Assembly: GCF_006345805.1 (NCBI RefSeq)
Contig: NC_042997.1
Span: 28,086,001-28,150,000, forward strand
DNA: 64,000 nucleotides
Origin: Octopus sinensis
Lineage: Eukaryota
Reading direction: 5' to 3'
Part shown: positions 63,178-64,000 of the stretch, one piece after another
Layout: the number at the start of each line of letters is the position of its first letter
Numbering within the stretch: the stretch's first letter is position 1
Program-made: the position numbers and the translations under genes
Notes under the pieces: model-generated
What the model saw: only the letters and a program-made list of their open reading frames with translations
The model's database searches: none
Told to the model about the DNA's origin: nothing

Positions 63178-64000
63178 GCACACACATTCAGACAATTTAT
63201 ATTATAATATAGGATCGAGTGGTTGTAATTGCTTCTCTGTTTTAAATTGCTTCAATATATTTTCCGATCTCATCATTAGAACTTTTTTTTTGTTATAGTT
63301 TATTACGGGCAACTACTGCAAAAATCTATCTTGTAAACTTTTATTGTTTTTCCCTGTTTCCCACACGTTAGGAACAGGCTCAATAAAGAAGTCAGGATTA
63401 TATTTATGGCATGTCGAAACTACGAACCAGTTCCATTTGTCCGTTGATTCAAGTTCATTTCTTTTACACTGATAATGAATGTTCTTTGAAAATAGATGCA
63501 TATCAACATTAAATTGCGCTAGTTTCCCCCCACCAAAGCAGATAACGTTACACGTACAAATCAATGAGAGTGTGTCAATGTGTACGAACGAACCACTGAA
63601 AGTAGTAGAGACAAATTTCCCTGGAAACTATGAACTTCTGTCTGAAATAAAATGAGGATGCAGTAATGTAGTTGGACATACAGCGCGAAAAAAATACGTA
63701 AATAAAATAAAAAAGGAATAAAAGATATTATTTGGTCTGAAGAGTTAAGACTGACCTGAGTAAGATAGCACCACTGCCGCTGCCACCCCCACCATTAACA
63801 ACTAAAACCACATGTGCTACCAATAAAACCAATTCCTCCACAACACTACCACCAATACCACCCTCAATAGGAAGAAAAACATCTTCATGAATGTTGTCGT
63901 CTTTGGTAGCTGCTTTTCCTACAATAAATCTTAAAAACCAGAATACATGTATATAAACATTGAGTAATTTCTTTTAAACACTTTTTTTTAATCTAACTAC

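Noticed and set aside
63313-63564. 83-aa non-repetitive minus-strand ORF; polypyrimidine-AG at about 63340-63371 on the plus strand
   Set aside because: No recognisable domain and no convincing donor/acceptor pair; cannot be supported as an exon without RNA-seq or homology.

Overview
AT-rich, microsatellite-saturated eukaryotic non-coding DNA, most likely from an octopus genome. That assignment rests on recalled octopus-type tRNA-derived SINE sequences, not on a database search. I found no host protein-coding exon, rRNA, true tRNA or CRISPR array, and almost all ORFs in the supplied track are microsatellite read-throughs. The window is a mosaic of decayed mobile elements: four mariner remnants, a Tc1, a tiny MITE, three Penelope-like (RT/GIY-YIG) remnants, three R4/Dong-like RLE LINE remnants, an RTE LINE, a Gypsy RT/RNaseH fragment, a probable non-autonomous Helitron and more than 20 SINE copies of about four families. 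The most notable unannotated signal is a set of type-I hammerhead ribozyme motifs. One is fully canonical (20660-20758, minus strand) with a long branched stem II. Its family recurs at 55.6 kb, at 57.2 kb and as both arms of a fold-back at 8.4-9.1 kb. Unrelated minimal hammerheads occur at 8.2 kb and 38.7 kb. Other structure includes three long fold-back elements next to TA microsatellites, four SINEs inside one 19-bp target-site duplication, and near-perfect tandem duplications bounded by (TA)n.
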